Assembly (NCBI GenBank): GCA_002269645.1
Contig: NIVC01000032.1
Location: forward strand, 1,391,156-1,455,155
From: Macrostomum lignano
Taxonomy: Eukaryota
DNA: 64,000 nucleotides
Reading direction: 5' to 3'
The position numbers and the translations under genes were made by a program. Below the pieces are notes generated by a model. That model worked only from the letters and a program-made list of their open reading frames with translations. It had not been told where the DNA came from and did not search any database. Positions 17,390-30,700 of this stretch are shown here, piece by piece. Position 1 is the first letter of the stretch, and the number at the start of each line of letters is the position of its first letter.

Positions 17390-18282
17390 ATATATACACC
17401 ACGCAAAAAGTGAGTTAGATAAGCAGTGAAATAAATAAATAATTCCGGAAAAAATTACTAATTAACCTGCTAATTATTTCGGTTGAAAGGAGATTCAATG
17501 TGACAACAGCTTGCCGGTAAATAAGAAGATAGGGTAAGAGTAAAACACGACAACAGATATGAGAATGTTTGCAACATATTTTAATTTGAAGGCACACGAA
17601 ATAAAGGAAAAAGTAATCAAGTTTTTAATTATGAGCAACAATGCTCGATAAAAACCTGCTATGCTTGCACAATAGATTTGAGATTGCAAATAGAATTTCT
17701 GTATATATTATTACAGATAGTGCACCTGAATATTGCAAAAATAAATTATTGAATTAATAAATTATTGCTCTAAAAACTGCAGTTTTTTTAAATAAGAAAT
17801 TATTACAAGCAAAGATTTGAAGAAATGTTTAACTTGCTTAAAGCAGCAATTTTTGGTTTATTTTTTTGTTAAATTGGCTGAGCTCAAATTGCTCATCAAT
17901 AAGTTTTTACCAATTTTGACTCTCTGATGTGCCAGCGGCCCAGGCTCGATTCCAAGTGCAGTCACATTAATTTGGGGCTAAATTGGAATCTCGGCTTGGC
18001 TCTGCTCATGCAATTAATGTCATTAAGAGCCAACCCCCCAAGGCGCAGTGAAGTGTACATGCCCAACGATTAATAAAGTTAAGGCCGCTGTACACTCCTG
18101 TGTGTGTGCCTGTGCGTATGACTGCGTACGTATCCGCGCGCTTGTGTGCCTGCTCAGGGGAGTCGGCGGAATGGGGGCAGCAATGCCTCTCGCCGGTTGT
18201 GCGACAATGTCGCTTAAAGTGCGCCCGAGTGCATACAGCTCCCTGCCTCTGATAAAAAATCTCTTCAGTGCATTTTTCAAGC

Positions 18283-18845
18283 GAATTGTCTATGGCCCAA
18301 CCCCACTGAGCTGTAACTCAGTTTGAAACCGGCACTGCAGATAAAGTTGTTTTTTTACTTTAGTCATTGAATTGTCTATGGCCCAACCCCACTGAGCTGT
18401 CACTCAGTTTGAAACCGGCACTGCAGATAAAGTTTGTTTTTTTACTTTAGTCATTGAATTGTCTTTGGCCCAACCCCACTGAGCTGTCACTCAGTTTGAA
18501 ACCGGCACTGCAGATAAAGTTTGTTTTTTTACTTTAGTCATTGAATTGTCTATGGCCCAACCCCACTGAGCTGTAACTCAGTTTGAAACCGGCACTGCAG
18601 ATAAAGTTGTTTTTTTACTTTAGTCATTGAATTGTCTATGGCCCAACCCCACTGAGCTGTCACTCAGTTTGAAACCGGCACTGCAGATAAAGTTTGTTTT
18701 TTTACTTTAGTCATTGAATTGTCTATGGCCCAACCCCACTGAGCTGTAACTCAGTTTGAAACCGGCACTGCAGATAAAGTTGTTTTTTTACTTTAGTCAT
18801 TGAATTGTCTATGGCCCAACCCCACTGAGCTGTCACTCAGTTTGA
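18283..18845. repeat. 87-bp tandem array, copy 2 (6 units + half)
   Basis: Unit starts at 18283, 18369, 18456, 18543, 18629, 18716 and 18802. Confidence 0.95.
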
Positions 18846-21800
18846 CCCCAGCGAGGCGGCAGATTTTGGCCTCGGCAGCCGACTGGCAGAAGTCGATCGA
18901 AATTTTCTAGCAACAGCACCGGAGCTTTGCCGCTGCTCAGTTTGAGACGCCGGCATAGGCCAGTAGTTGCGGCGCCGATTGGCATGTTGCCGATGTTGCT
19001 GCTTTTGCATCAGCTGGAGCCGGTCAAGAAGACTGCATAGGCGAGCTAACGAATTCAAACTGGCTGGTGTGCCCTGTCTCAGCAGGGCTAGCGGGCGATA
19101 GTTACGCTTGAGTAGGTCGGTGTTTGAGCACAGGTGCTTTAGCCAGGCTGACAAGAAACCGGCACTGCAGATAAAGTTTGCTTTTTTACTTTAGTCATTA
19201 AATTTGAGCACAAATGCTAGGAAAGCAAATTCCATTAATCTCTTAACCATGCAATCTAATCAAAACACTTATTGACAATCCACTAGGGTTGTAGCCTCCT
19301 CAAGACTCACGACTGAAAGGTTAGGGGTTCGATTCCCGATCCCACTGGAACAATTTGTGTCCTTGAGAGCAAGACACTCAACTCTGCATTGCTTGAGTTC
19401 ACCCAGCTGTAAAATGGGTGCCAGCATTAGCTGGGGTAATTGAGGGTGTGTGGCGACCCCCCCTCCCAGTCCTCGGACTGCACAGCCGTACGCAGCCTTC
19501 AGACTGCGCCGCGCAAATAGCTGCGGCTGAGCTGTCGGTTGCACATCTGCCTATTATGACAGGTGTAATCTATTAACTATCAAATCACTCACTTCAAACA
19601 GGCAACGACAAAGGCATCGAATCGGCCCTGTTCGCCATTTGATTCGCTTTTCGAAGCATTTATTTGACGCACAATGGCCGACAGCTTTAGACCAATCGGT
19701 ACTGCGGAAATTTGGAAATGTTAAATCAATAGATTGAGACGCAAAGCAATCGAACCCCCCTCGTTCGTGGGTTCTGAGACTCACCGCAACTTGCACAAGA
19801 CTCTTCAACCAGCAGACACAGCGGCGAAGCCATCAGTCTGCTTTTCTTTAACAGCAGACTTCTCTGTTGAACAGTTCTAGCCTTGCTAACATTGCCGCCA
19901 AATTGGTTGACAAATTCGGCTGTGGACCAAGCGCTGGACATTGCTAAACCGTTGCTAACTAAACTGTACAATGAGCGGCACAGTAAACCTACAATAACAG
20001 ATGAAGATTGACCGTTGCTAGGCAAACTGCAGATCGATATCAGCTGTTCGACAGCAGACGCGGCTTGAGCAGACAATCGATTGAGTTGGCGAGTAGGCGA
20101 TTCGGGAACTGGAAGGCGAGACGGTGCAGCAGTTTGAGCCGGTTTGCTGGACACAGGCGAGCCGCAAAATTCCAACGGCGGGCTGTCCTCGTCGTCGCCA
20201 TAGAGACCAACTGACTGGGGTATTACCTGGTCTCGGGAAATATTGTTGAGCACGGGGGAGTTTGAGCACGGATTGATTGGTTAATTAGTCTTCAGGATGT
20301 CAAGTTAGTCTATAGGAAGCTATATCTATCTTTGGGATTTTTCAGTTAGCCAGTAGGAAATACGGGGAATTTTGTTAGAATTAGTCAGTGGGAATCATGG
20401 GGAATTTTTTAGAATTAGTTAGTGGGAATCATGGGGAATGTTTTTAGAATTAGTCAGTGGGAATCATAGGGAATTTTTTAGAATTAGTTAGTGGGAATCA
20501 TGGGAAAATTTTTTTAGAATTAGTCAAAGGGAATCATAGGGAATTTTTTAGAATTAGTTAGTGGGAATCATGGGAAAATTTTTTTAGAATTATTCAAAGG
20601 GAATCATGGGGAATTTATTAGAATTGGTCGAAGGGAATCATGGGGAATTTTTGAGAATTAGTCAGTGAGAATCATGGGAATTTTGTTTAAATTAGTCAGT
20701 GGGAATCATGGGGAATTTTTTAGAATTAGTCAGTGGGAATCATGAGGAACTTTTTTAGAATTAGTCAATGGGAATCATGGGGAATTTTTTAGAATTAGTC
20801 AGTGGGAATCATGAGGAACTTTTTTAGAATTAGTCAGTGGGAATCATGGGGAATTTTTTAGAATTAGTCAGTGGGAATCATGAGGGACTTTTTAAAAATA
20901 GTCAGTGGGAATTCATGGGAACTTTTTTAGAACTAGCCAACGGGAATCATGGGGAACTTTTTTAGAACTAGCCAACGGGAATCATGGGGAACTTTTTTAG
21001 AACTAGCCAATGGGAATCATGGGGAACTTTTTTAGAACTAGCCAACGGGAATCATGGGGAACTTTTTTAGAAATAGCCAATGGGAATCATGGGGAACTTT
21101 TTTAGAACTAGTCAACGGGAATCATGGGGAACTTTTTTAGAATTAGTCAACGGGAATCATGGGGAACTTTTTTAGAATTAGTCAGTGGGAATCATGGGGA
21201 ACTTTTTTAGAATTAGTCAGTGGGAATCATGGGTAACTTTTTTAGAACTAGTCAACGGGAATCATGGGGAACTTTTTTAGAATTAGTCAGTGGGAATCAT
21301 GGGGAACTTTTTTAGAATTAGTCAGTGGGAATCATGGGGAACTTTTTTAGAATTAGTCAGTGGGAATCATGGGGAACTTTTTTAGAACTAGCCAACGGGA
21401 ATCATGGGGAACTTTTTTAGAATTAGTCAGTGGGAATCATGGGGAACTTTTTTAGAATTAGTCAGTGGGAATCATGGGGAACTTTTTTAGAACTAGTCAA
21501 CGGAAATCATGGGGAACTTTTTTAGAATTAGTCAGTGGGAATCAGGGGGAACTTTTTTTAAAATTAGCCAATGGGAATCATGGGGGACTTTTTTAGAATT
21601 AGTCAGAGAGAATCAGGGGGAATTTTTGAGAATTAGTCAGTGGGAAATTGGAATCATGGGGAACTTTTTTAGAATTAGTCAATGGGAATCATGGGGAATG
21701 TTTTTATAATTAGTCAGTGGGAATCATGGGGAATTTTAATCAGTGGGAACTATAGAGAATTTTTCTAGTTAATAAGAAGGAATCATCTGGGAATTATTTA

Positions 21801-22481
21801 GCCCGTGGGAATGATGGAGAATGTATGTATGATCAGGGATACCGAAAGCAAGTTTCAGAGCCAGCTCAGAATAACAATTCTCACATGGAAGTCTTGCCCG
21901 ATCAGGGAGAGCTTGGCCGGTGGCACAGACAAGCACCTGCTAGCAGCATGATCGTCGCAGCTTGAGCAGCGAACTTTCTGACGCCTCCTGCTGCGTCCGC
22001 GACTTGACCTGGGAGCAGCAGCAGCAGCAGCAGCCGGAGCATCTGCACTAGAAGCAGAGACGGCGCCAATTCCTCCGCTAGGTGGCCTTCTCCGCCTCGA
22101 ACAGCGACTGCTTGGATTGCTGCTACTAGAGAAGTCAGGCAGATTGGTGGAGACGCCAGCCGGCAACTCTTGGCGTAGAAATGCCAGATCTGGCAAATTT
22201 GAACAGCTGACAGCCGATCGAAGTAGTTGGTTGGATTCCAGCTTTTGATCGCTACTATTATTATTATCATTATGCCGAACTAATAACGATTGTGGATGTT
22301 GAAGAATTCTCAGATTTGAAGGCCGACGATCGGATTTCAGGCCGCGCCAAGTTGTACGCCTGGAGCAAGGCGGGGCGGCCTGTCTGGTCTGGCAAGGACA
22401 TCTCGCTCGAGGCTCTGCCCGAAGTTGATGAACGCCAGAACTACGGCCGCCGCTGAAGGACACACTTCGCCTGGTATACAT
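18837..22481 (-). CDS. RUN-domain protein (RUSC1/2-like RUN domain), copy 2, up to 491 aa
   Basis: Exons 22481-21885, 20226-19785, 19701-19593 and 19164-18837 join in frame through GT-AG introns (donors GTGAGA, GTGAGT, GTGAGT). The spliced product has AVEQLI..LCRSLYSLVSNGL..LVEES..GRFDAFVVACLNAGFLSAWLKHL..LLKRNYRPLALL..LCSLLDRLQ, the block pattern of RUN domains. The true start is uncertain. Confidence 0.85.
20378..21750. repeat. 35-bp minisatellite, copy 2 (expanded, about 1.37 kb)
   Basis: Same unit. Confidence 0.95.
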
Positions 22482-25096
22482 CGCGTTTTTGCTTCACGGT
22501 GTGGGCATTCTGCTACCCTGGAATCTATTCATCAATGCCAAGGAGTACTTTGAGAACTACAAGCTCAACACGAACATCTCGCGCGAGGCGGACTACAGGC
22601 ACAATTTTATGAACTACATCGGCCTCGGGTCTCAGCTGCCCAACATGCTCATGCTGGCTTGCAACGTCTTCTTTCAGCCGTTGACGACCAGCGAAGGACA
22701 GGAAAAAACTGGCAGCAAAAATGCCGCACGTCGCATTATGCTGGTGATCCTGATCGAAGTTTGCGTCTGCGCCACCACCGTCATCATGGCCTTGGTGGAC
22801 ACGAGCGAATGCCCGCGATTGTTCTTCGATGTCACGCTAATCAGTGTCATTGTGCTCAACTGTTGCACCGGCGTCTATCAGTCCTCGGCGTTCGGCATGG
22901 CGGGTGTGCTGCCCATGACCTACTCCAGTGCGATCGTACTGGGTAAGGCGTCTATCGTGATGCTTCTCGTGCGTGTCGTAGGAATCAGGGGCGTCGCCAC
23001 CGGGGGGGGGACATGTCACAGTAAAAGCTGTAGGGGGGTTATGCCAATGCTTTGTCCCCCTCACCCAACCTTGTGATCCGTTATGAAAATCAATAATTTT
23101 GCTTCAGGGTGACAAAATATAGTGCCTGCAGCGCTTAAATGAGTGCCTGCGGCGCTAAAATGAGTGCCTGCGGCGCTAAAATGAGTGCCTGCGGCGCTAA
23201 AATGAGTGCCTGCGGCGCTAAAATGAGTGCCTGCGGCGCTAAAATGAGTGCCTGCGGCGCTAAAATGAGTGCCTACGGCGCTAAAATGAGTGCCTGCGGT
23301 GCTAAAATGAGTGCCTGCGGCGCTAAAATGAGTGCCCGCCGCGCCAAAATGAGTGCCTGTGGCGCTAAAATGAGTGCCTGCAGCGCTAAAATGAGTGCCT
23401 GCGGCGCTAAAATGAGTGCCTGCGGCGCTAAAATGAGTGCCTGCGGCGCTAAAATGAGTGCCTGCGGCGCTAAAATGAGTGCCTGCGGCGCTAAAATGAG
23501 TGCCTGTGGCGCTAAAATGAGTGCCTGCGGCGCTAAAATGAGTGCCTGTGGCGCTAAAATGAGTGCCCGCCGCGCCAAAATGAGTGCCTGTGGCGCTAAA
23601 ATGAGTGCCCGCCGCGCCAAAATGAGTGCCTACGGCGCTAAAATGAGTGCCTGTAGCTCTAAAACGAGTGCCTGTGGCGCTAAGATCAGTGCCTGAGGCG
23701 CTAAAACGAGTGCCTGCGGCGCCAAATGAGCGCTGACAACACCGATTCTGAAAATAATGTACATGTACATATAGAATTCTTGGCTCTGTCCCCCCAACCA
23801 TAAAATCCATCGCGACACCCCTGGTAGGAATCCCGCCCAGACCCCATGGTGACAAGGGAGATATTAGTTTATTAGCTAGTCACAGAACAGCTTTACATAA
23901 GTGCGCTGTTACTACTAATCCAAATCTCCGAGTATCTCTCTGGAGCCGGCACAGATATGGGGTGACGGAGGCCCACAAAATTTAGCAAACTTTTGCTCAT
24001 CACTTTCCCAGCAAGCTTAAACATGCCACTTAAAATTCACTTGAAGCACTGAAGCATTTTAACGTCGTTTTACGCAACGCAGGTAACAACATCTGCGGAA
24101 CAGTGGTTGCCATTGTGAACATTGTTAGTCGGCTGGCATCTTCGCAGAATCTGCAAATGACCGCCGTTGGCTATTTCTCATTCTCTGTCGTACTGCTACT
24201 CATCTGCTTCTCCTCGCTCCTCATATTGCCGAAGCTGCCGTTCTATCGGCACTACCAGCAGCCGCCGTCGCAACCGCATTCGTCTGAGAGGACCTGCGAC
24301 ACTGAGCAGACGTCTTTCGAATCGGACGACTCAACTGAAACTGTAAACGGATGCTGCGATGAGAATCTGGAAACTGTCAGGGCTTGTTGTGCTTTGTGCT
24401 GTATCCGCAAGGGACCTGTGGCTGCGTGCTCCAGGTGAGCCAGCCGATTTTTTTAAAGAGTTTCCGATTTCCAAGTCCATTGAATTTTGGTAAAACAGCT
24501 GTGTCGTCAAAGTTGAATTCATAACTTTGAACCACAATTTCAGATACTGGCAGAGATACCTGGCTGCCTTCAAAGAGTGCTGGGTTCACTGCCTCAGCGT
24601 CTGGTCGACATTCTTCTGCACGCTGGCCTGCTTTCCAGCCGTTCAATCGGCCATCCGTCCGGTCCAGCTGCTGTCCATAGAGGCCTGGTTCACCGACATC
24701 TTCGTGTTCCTCGGCTTCAACCTGTTCGCCATGCTGGGCAGTCTGGCGTCAAATTTTGTACAATTCCCAAAACCACGCTGGCTGGCACTGGCCGTGTGGA
24801 TTCGAACCCTAATCTTCATACCGTTCTTCATCATGTGCAACTGTTTCCCGGACAACCGGGCCCCGGCATTCCCGGTGGTCATCGCTAATGACTACGTGTT
24901 CACGGCTGGCATGGTGTTGTTCGCTTTCACCGGCGGCTACTTCAGCGCCCTCTGCATGATGTACGCGCCAAGGGACGTGAAGAATCCAAAGCACGCGGCA
25001 TTGGCTGGCATGGTGTCGTCATTCTTCCTGGTCTCCGGCATCTTCTGCGGAGTGGCCTTCGGTGGAGTGCTGTTCAATGTGGTGCAGGCGCATTAG
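22432..25096 (+). CDS. ENT: Equilibrative nucleoside transporter (SLC29/ENT family), copy 2; start codon not identified
   Basis: Exons 22432-22942, 24083-24434 and 24544-25096 join in frame (471 codons before the stop). ENT motifs: KDTLRLVYIAFLLHGVGILLPWNLFINAKEYF, GNNICG, TLACFPAV, FNLFAMLG, RTLIFIPFFIMCN, FAFTGGYFSALCMMYAP, AGMVSSFFLVSGIFCG. Confidence 0.92.
22986..23823 (+). mobile_element. hAT-type element with 21-bp VNTR, copy 2
   Basis: 12-bp TIR with one mismatch; TSD GTAGGAAT at 22978-22985 and 23824-23831. Confidence 0.9.
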
Positions 25097-27245
25097 GCCG
25101 CTTAGAAAATTCCAAGTATATCAACTTATGGATGGAGCAAATAGTCAAGCTGCATAAAGCTCGTCACTCTTAATGTCTCGATGTTAAAAAATCTTAAAAA
25201 TATGTTACTTTTTCTAGAGCAGCTAGCTGACGTATTTCTATATTACAACTTCTAGTTCCATAAGCTCAGATATAACTTTGTTATAGTGCGTCATAATTTC
25301 CGGTGTTGCAGTCGTTGATTTCTGGCTAGAGACAGATTATAACAATTTAGTAAGACCCCTTTAAATCAAATTGCTATTCGATTAGACGCTCCAGTACTTT
25401 CTGGTGACCCTATTTGTCATTGACGTTGGCTAATTTTATAGCTTCAATTTTTGGCCTCCATCTAGCTGGTTGAGTTTTGTCACGTCAACGAAGAAAACTT
25501 GTTTGCAGTTCAATTTTTGCGTATCTGTCACTCTTTTGGTGTATTTTTTGTTAAATTAAACTATATTTAGGCTGTAAGCTATCGTGATGAAACTATAACT
25601 CAGTACTTCAATACAATTAGTAAATATGTAATATCATGCAATGTCAATTAATTTGAATATGGTGATTAATGCGCAACAGCTAGAATTCATTGCTGCATAC
25701 TGAGAATTATAATACTTTACCAAATGTTTCTGCTGATTCTGGTTGCTGAATTTTGAAAGTCTGAGAGACCCTATAGATCAAACATTAGCTACTTAATAAG
25801 TAGTACGAGTATAAGCATGATTCAATTTTGATTGGTCAGTTGCGTTAAAATATACTGATATTCCTCTATATGTGCTACTCATATTGTTGAAGTAAGTAAG
25901 TAAAGCGTTTTTTATTATTTAATGACTTTCAAATTCAAATTGATATGACAAATATGCATTACCCCTGAGTTTACGTCCGCCAGCATTGCAAGTTAAGCCG
26001 AGTTGCTCCTGGTTAGTGCACACAGTTGAAGTTGCTATGCTTGTGTCCAGGGAGTCTTTCAGCGACCAGGTTTCGGCGTTCGACCACTGCCTCCTAGAAC
26101 AAAGCCGCCCTCTGGCGGCTATAAGAATTTGACCCACAGGACCGCTTTTACAGCAGGAAACACGACGCCCATACAAGCTCTAATCAACATTGCGGACGTC
26201 AAGAACCAGACCGCCGAGGTAGACGAACTGCTGGTGCCATGAGAATCTCTCTCACCCTAAAAATCTCTCTCACCTTGAGAATCTCTCGCCTGGAGAATCT
26301 GTCACCTAGAGAATCTCTTACCGGGAGAATCTGTCACCTGGAGAATCTCTCATCTTGATCATCTCTCGCCTGGAGAATATCTCACCTTGAGAATCTCTCA
26401 CCTGGAAAATCTCTCACCTTGAGAATCTTTCCCTAAAGAGAATCTCTCACCTTGAGAATCGCTCACCTTGAGAATCTCTCAACTTGAGAATCTCTCACCT
26501 TGAGAACCTCTCACCATGATAATCTCTTGCCTGGAGAATCTGTCACCTGGAGAACCTCTCATCTTGTTAATCTCTCGCCTGGAGAATATCTCGCCTGGAG
26601 AATCTCTTACCTGGAGAATCTCTCACCTGGAGAATCTCTCACCTGGAAAATCTCTCACCTGGAGAATCTCTCACCTGGAGAATCTCTCACCTGGGGAATC
26701 TCTCACCTTGAGAATGTCTCTCACCCTGATAATCTCTTGACTGGAGAATCTGTCACCTGGAGAATCTCTTACCTGGAAAATTTCTTATCTTGATAATCTC
26801 TCGCCTGGAGATTCTCTCACCTAGAGAATCTCTCACCTGAAAAATCTCTCACCTGGAAAATCTCTCACCTGGAGAATCTCTCACCTGGGGAATCTGTAGA
26901 ACCTGCCTTAAAATCCACCATTTTAACGAACTCGCAAGGCTTGTTATGAACAGCTAAACAGCAAAATTTAAAATTTAAAAAATTTTAATTTTTTAGATTC
27001 AATTAACAAAAGCCTATTCTGCGAGAAGAGAAATTATTACAAAGATGAAATTTCTTGTTTAACTAAGAGTTCGCAAAATTGTTTCAATGCCACATTCGAC
27101 GCTAATTATCGAGCAACAGGTGTTTTCGAGTCACATGACCTTAATTATGTAATTCTGTTTTATTTAAATCGATAACCTCTGAAACGGCTAAAAGGTTTAA
27201 AATTATTTCATCCAGCTCGACACCTGCTGGCCGCCTGTTTCTACA

Positions 27246-27415
27246 ATGAGTGTCAAAGTGAACTCAGCTTTTGCTTCGGCGCTGCTGGCCTTTGGTCTGC
27301 TGCTGCCCTGTCAACTGGGCCTGCCCACCACGAGAAATCAGGGGTGAGTGCTGGATTCTTCGGGACAGGTATGTGAGCTCATAGACAGACTGATAGACAC
27401 ACAGACTGACAGACT

Positions 27416-27466
<51 letters not shown>

Positions 27467-27506
27467 GGACACACAGACAAAAAGACAGACAGACAGACAG
27501 ACAGAC

Positions 27507-27595
<89 letters not shown>

Positions 27596-27596
27596 A

Positions 27597-27633
<37 letters not shown>

Positions 27634-27654
27634 CTAAGACAGACAGACAGTAAA

Positions 27655-27695
<41 letters not shown>

Positions 27696-27714
27696 CTAAG
27701 ACAGACACTAAGAA

Positions 27715-27755
<41 letters not shown>

Positions 27756-30700
27756 GTAAAAGACAGACAGAGTCACAAGCACCAGAGGTCGCTGACCATC
27801 GCAGCCCCAATCGACCCCCCAGCGACCGGCTAATCGTGTTCGTCCCCACGCGGCAGGCGCAGCTGGACTGGCTGGAACTGATCCACTCCCAGGCTGGGAA
27901 GCCTGGCGAAGTCGGCGAAAATGTACGTTGGATCAACGTAATATGTTTTAATTAAGATATCTTTTCAGCGAGAGAGGACTGAGATTCTAAGGCGAGATGC
28001 TCGATGATTCTCATAAGATTCTAACACAAGGGATAATTATGCTAGAGATTCTCAAGGGGAACGATACTCTATAGGTGAGATGTTTTCAAGGTGAGATATT
28101 CTCCAGGTGAAGGATTCTCAAGGTGAGAGATTCTCAAGGTGAGAGATTCTCAAGGTGAGAGATTCTCAAGGTGAGATATTCTCAAGGTGAGATATTCTCA
28201 AGGTGCGATATTCTCAAGGTGAGATATTCTCACGATGAGAGATTCTCAAGGTGAGAGATTCTCAAGGTGAGATATTCTCACGATGAGAGATTCACAAGGT
28301 GAGAGATTCTCAAGGTGAATGATTCTCAAGGTGAGAGATTCTCAAGGTGAGATATTCTTACGATGAGAGATTCTCAAGGTGAGAGTTTCTCAAGGTGAGA
28401 GATTCTCAAAGTGAGATATTCTCAAGGTGAGAGATTCTCCAGGTGAGATATTCTCAAGGTGAGAGATTCTCAAGGTGAGATATTCACAAGGTGAGGGATT
28501 CTCCAGGTGAGAGATTCTCAAGAAGAGATATTCTCAAGGTGAGATATTCTCAAGGTGAGGGATTCTCCAGGTGAGAGATTCAAACAAATAATATCGTCGC
28601 TTCTGCCCCGTCCTTCATCGCAGGTGAGATTCTGGTTCGGTCCGGGGCTGCTGAACCAAGAGACCATAGTCTTTGTTCCAGGCGGTGACTATGGCAGACT
28701 GGTGTCGGCCATACCCAGCAGTCAGGACACGTACTCTTGGTGGACGGTGCAGAAAGAAAATCTTGGCAAACTGGTTACCAGGGAGACGAGAGCAAACGCT
28801 GTTCGAAGGAGGAGTTCGGATATCAGCTCCGCGTATCGCACCTATCAGGAGGTGAGGTCTTTGTATTAGAGTTACAAAGTGTGACATCCGTGTCCAACAA
28901 AGTGGGAAATCCCTGTCTAACAAAGTGTGACTTCCGTGTCTAACAAAGTGTGACATCCGTGTCCAACAAAGTGGGAAATCCCTGTCTAACAAAGTGTGAC
29001 ATCCGTGTCTAACAAAGTGTGACATCCGTGTCTAACAAAGTGTGACATCCATGTCTAACAGAGTGGGACATTCGTGTCTAACAGAGTGTGACATCCATGT
29101 CTAACAGAGTGGGACATTCGTGTCTAACAGAGTGTGACATCCATGTCTAACAGAGTGGGACATTCGTGTCTAACAGAGTGTGACATCCGTGTCTAACAGG
29201 GTGTGACATCCGTGTCTAACAGAGTGTGACATCCGTTTCTAACAGAGTGTGACATCCGTTTCTAACAGGGTGTGACATCCGCGTCTAACCGAGTGTGAGA
29301 TGGACCGTCTCAAACCTGATAAATTAAATCGATCTCATGTTCCGCCTACAGATCCTGAACTTCCTAGACCAGACACAATCAACTTGCGGCTCATTCTGTT
29401 CCGTTGAAAAATTTGGCACCAGCTACGAAGGCAGAGACTTAAAATTAATTAAGGTAAATAAAAATAATCACTGATCGAATATTAATGTACTAGACAAAGC
29501 ATAAGTAGTATGAAGCGTAGAAAATCATCATTTTTTATCAGATTGGCGATGATCTGCCATCGAAGCGAATTATTTGGATTGACGCCGGCATTCACGCAAG
29601 AGAATGGATTGCTCCAGCCACTGCTCTGTACTTCATCGATAAGGTAAACTCTACCATCACTGCTCATGTCTACTCTACCCTTAGTCTACCATCACTGCTC
29701 ATGTCTACTCCACCCTTAGTCTACCATCACTGCTCATGTCTACTCCACCCTTAGTCTACCATCACTGCTCATGTCTACTCTACCCTTAGTCTACCATCAC
29801 TGCTCATGCCTACTCTACCATCACTGCTCATGTCTACTCTACCATCACTGCTAATGTCTACTCTACCCTTAGTCTACCATCACTGCTCATGTCTCATCAC
29901 TGCTCATGTCTACTCTACCATCACTGCTCATGTCTACTCTACCCTTAGTCTACCATCACTGCTCACGTCTACTCTACCCTTAGTCTACCATCACTGCTCA
30001 CGTCTACTCTACCCTTAGTCTACCATCACTGCTCACGTCTACTCTACCCTTAGTGTATAACCATCAGTGCTCATGTCTCACAACAATTGCAGATAGTCCA
30101 AGGCTACAAGTCGTCAGATTCAACTATAAAGTCGATGCTGGATAACTTTGCCTTCTATATCGCTCCTCTGCTAAATCCGGATGGATATGTGTACACTTTT
30201 ACTACGGTAAGTACGGTCTGGTGGCGGGTTGAATATTGGAAAAAGTAGTATCGTTTTGGTTCTGAGACTGGGTAGAGGTTAAATATTAGCTTGTTCTCAG
30301 TGAATGATGATGATACACTATGATACAAGCATGATGATCGTCAGTTCTCCTCGGCCAACACCCAGCGCTGACGGAAATTCTTAGGGGCGTCACCGTGGAC
30401 TTTATGGTGGGGGGACAAAGCCAAGAATTCAACATGTACTGAAGTACATGTACATGACTAAACTCGATCCTAAATTTCCATTATTGTGAGAATCGTGTTA
30501 TCAGCGCTCATTTTAGCGCCGCAGGCACTCATTTGGCGCCACAGGCACTCATTTTAGCGCCGTAGGCACTCATTTTAGCGCCGTAGGCTCTCATTTTAGC
30601 GCCGTAGGCACTCATTTTAGCGCCGCAGGCACTCATTTTAGCGCCGTAGGCACTCATTTTAGCGCCGTAGGCACTCATTTTAGCGCCGTAGGCACTCATT

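Noticed and set aside
22430-22460. Programmed -1 ribosomal frameshift joining the two ENT frames
   Set aside because: No X XXY YYZ slippery heptamer at the junction, and no upstream AUG in the first frame.
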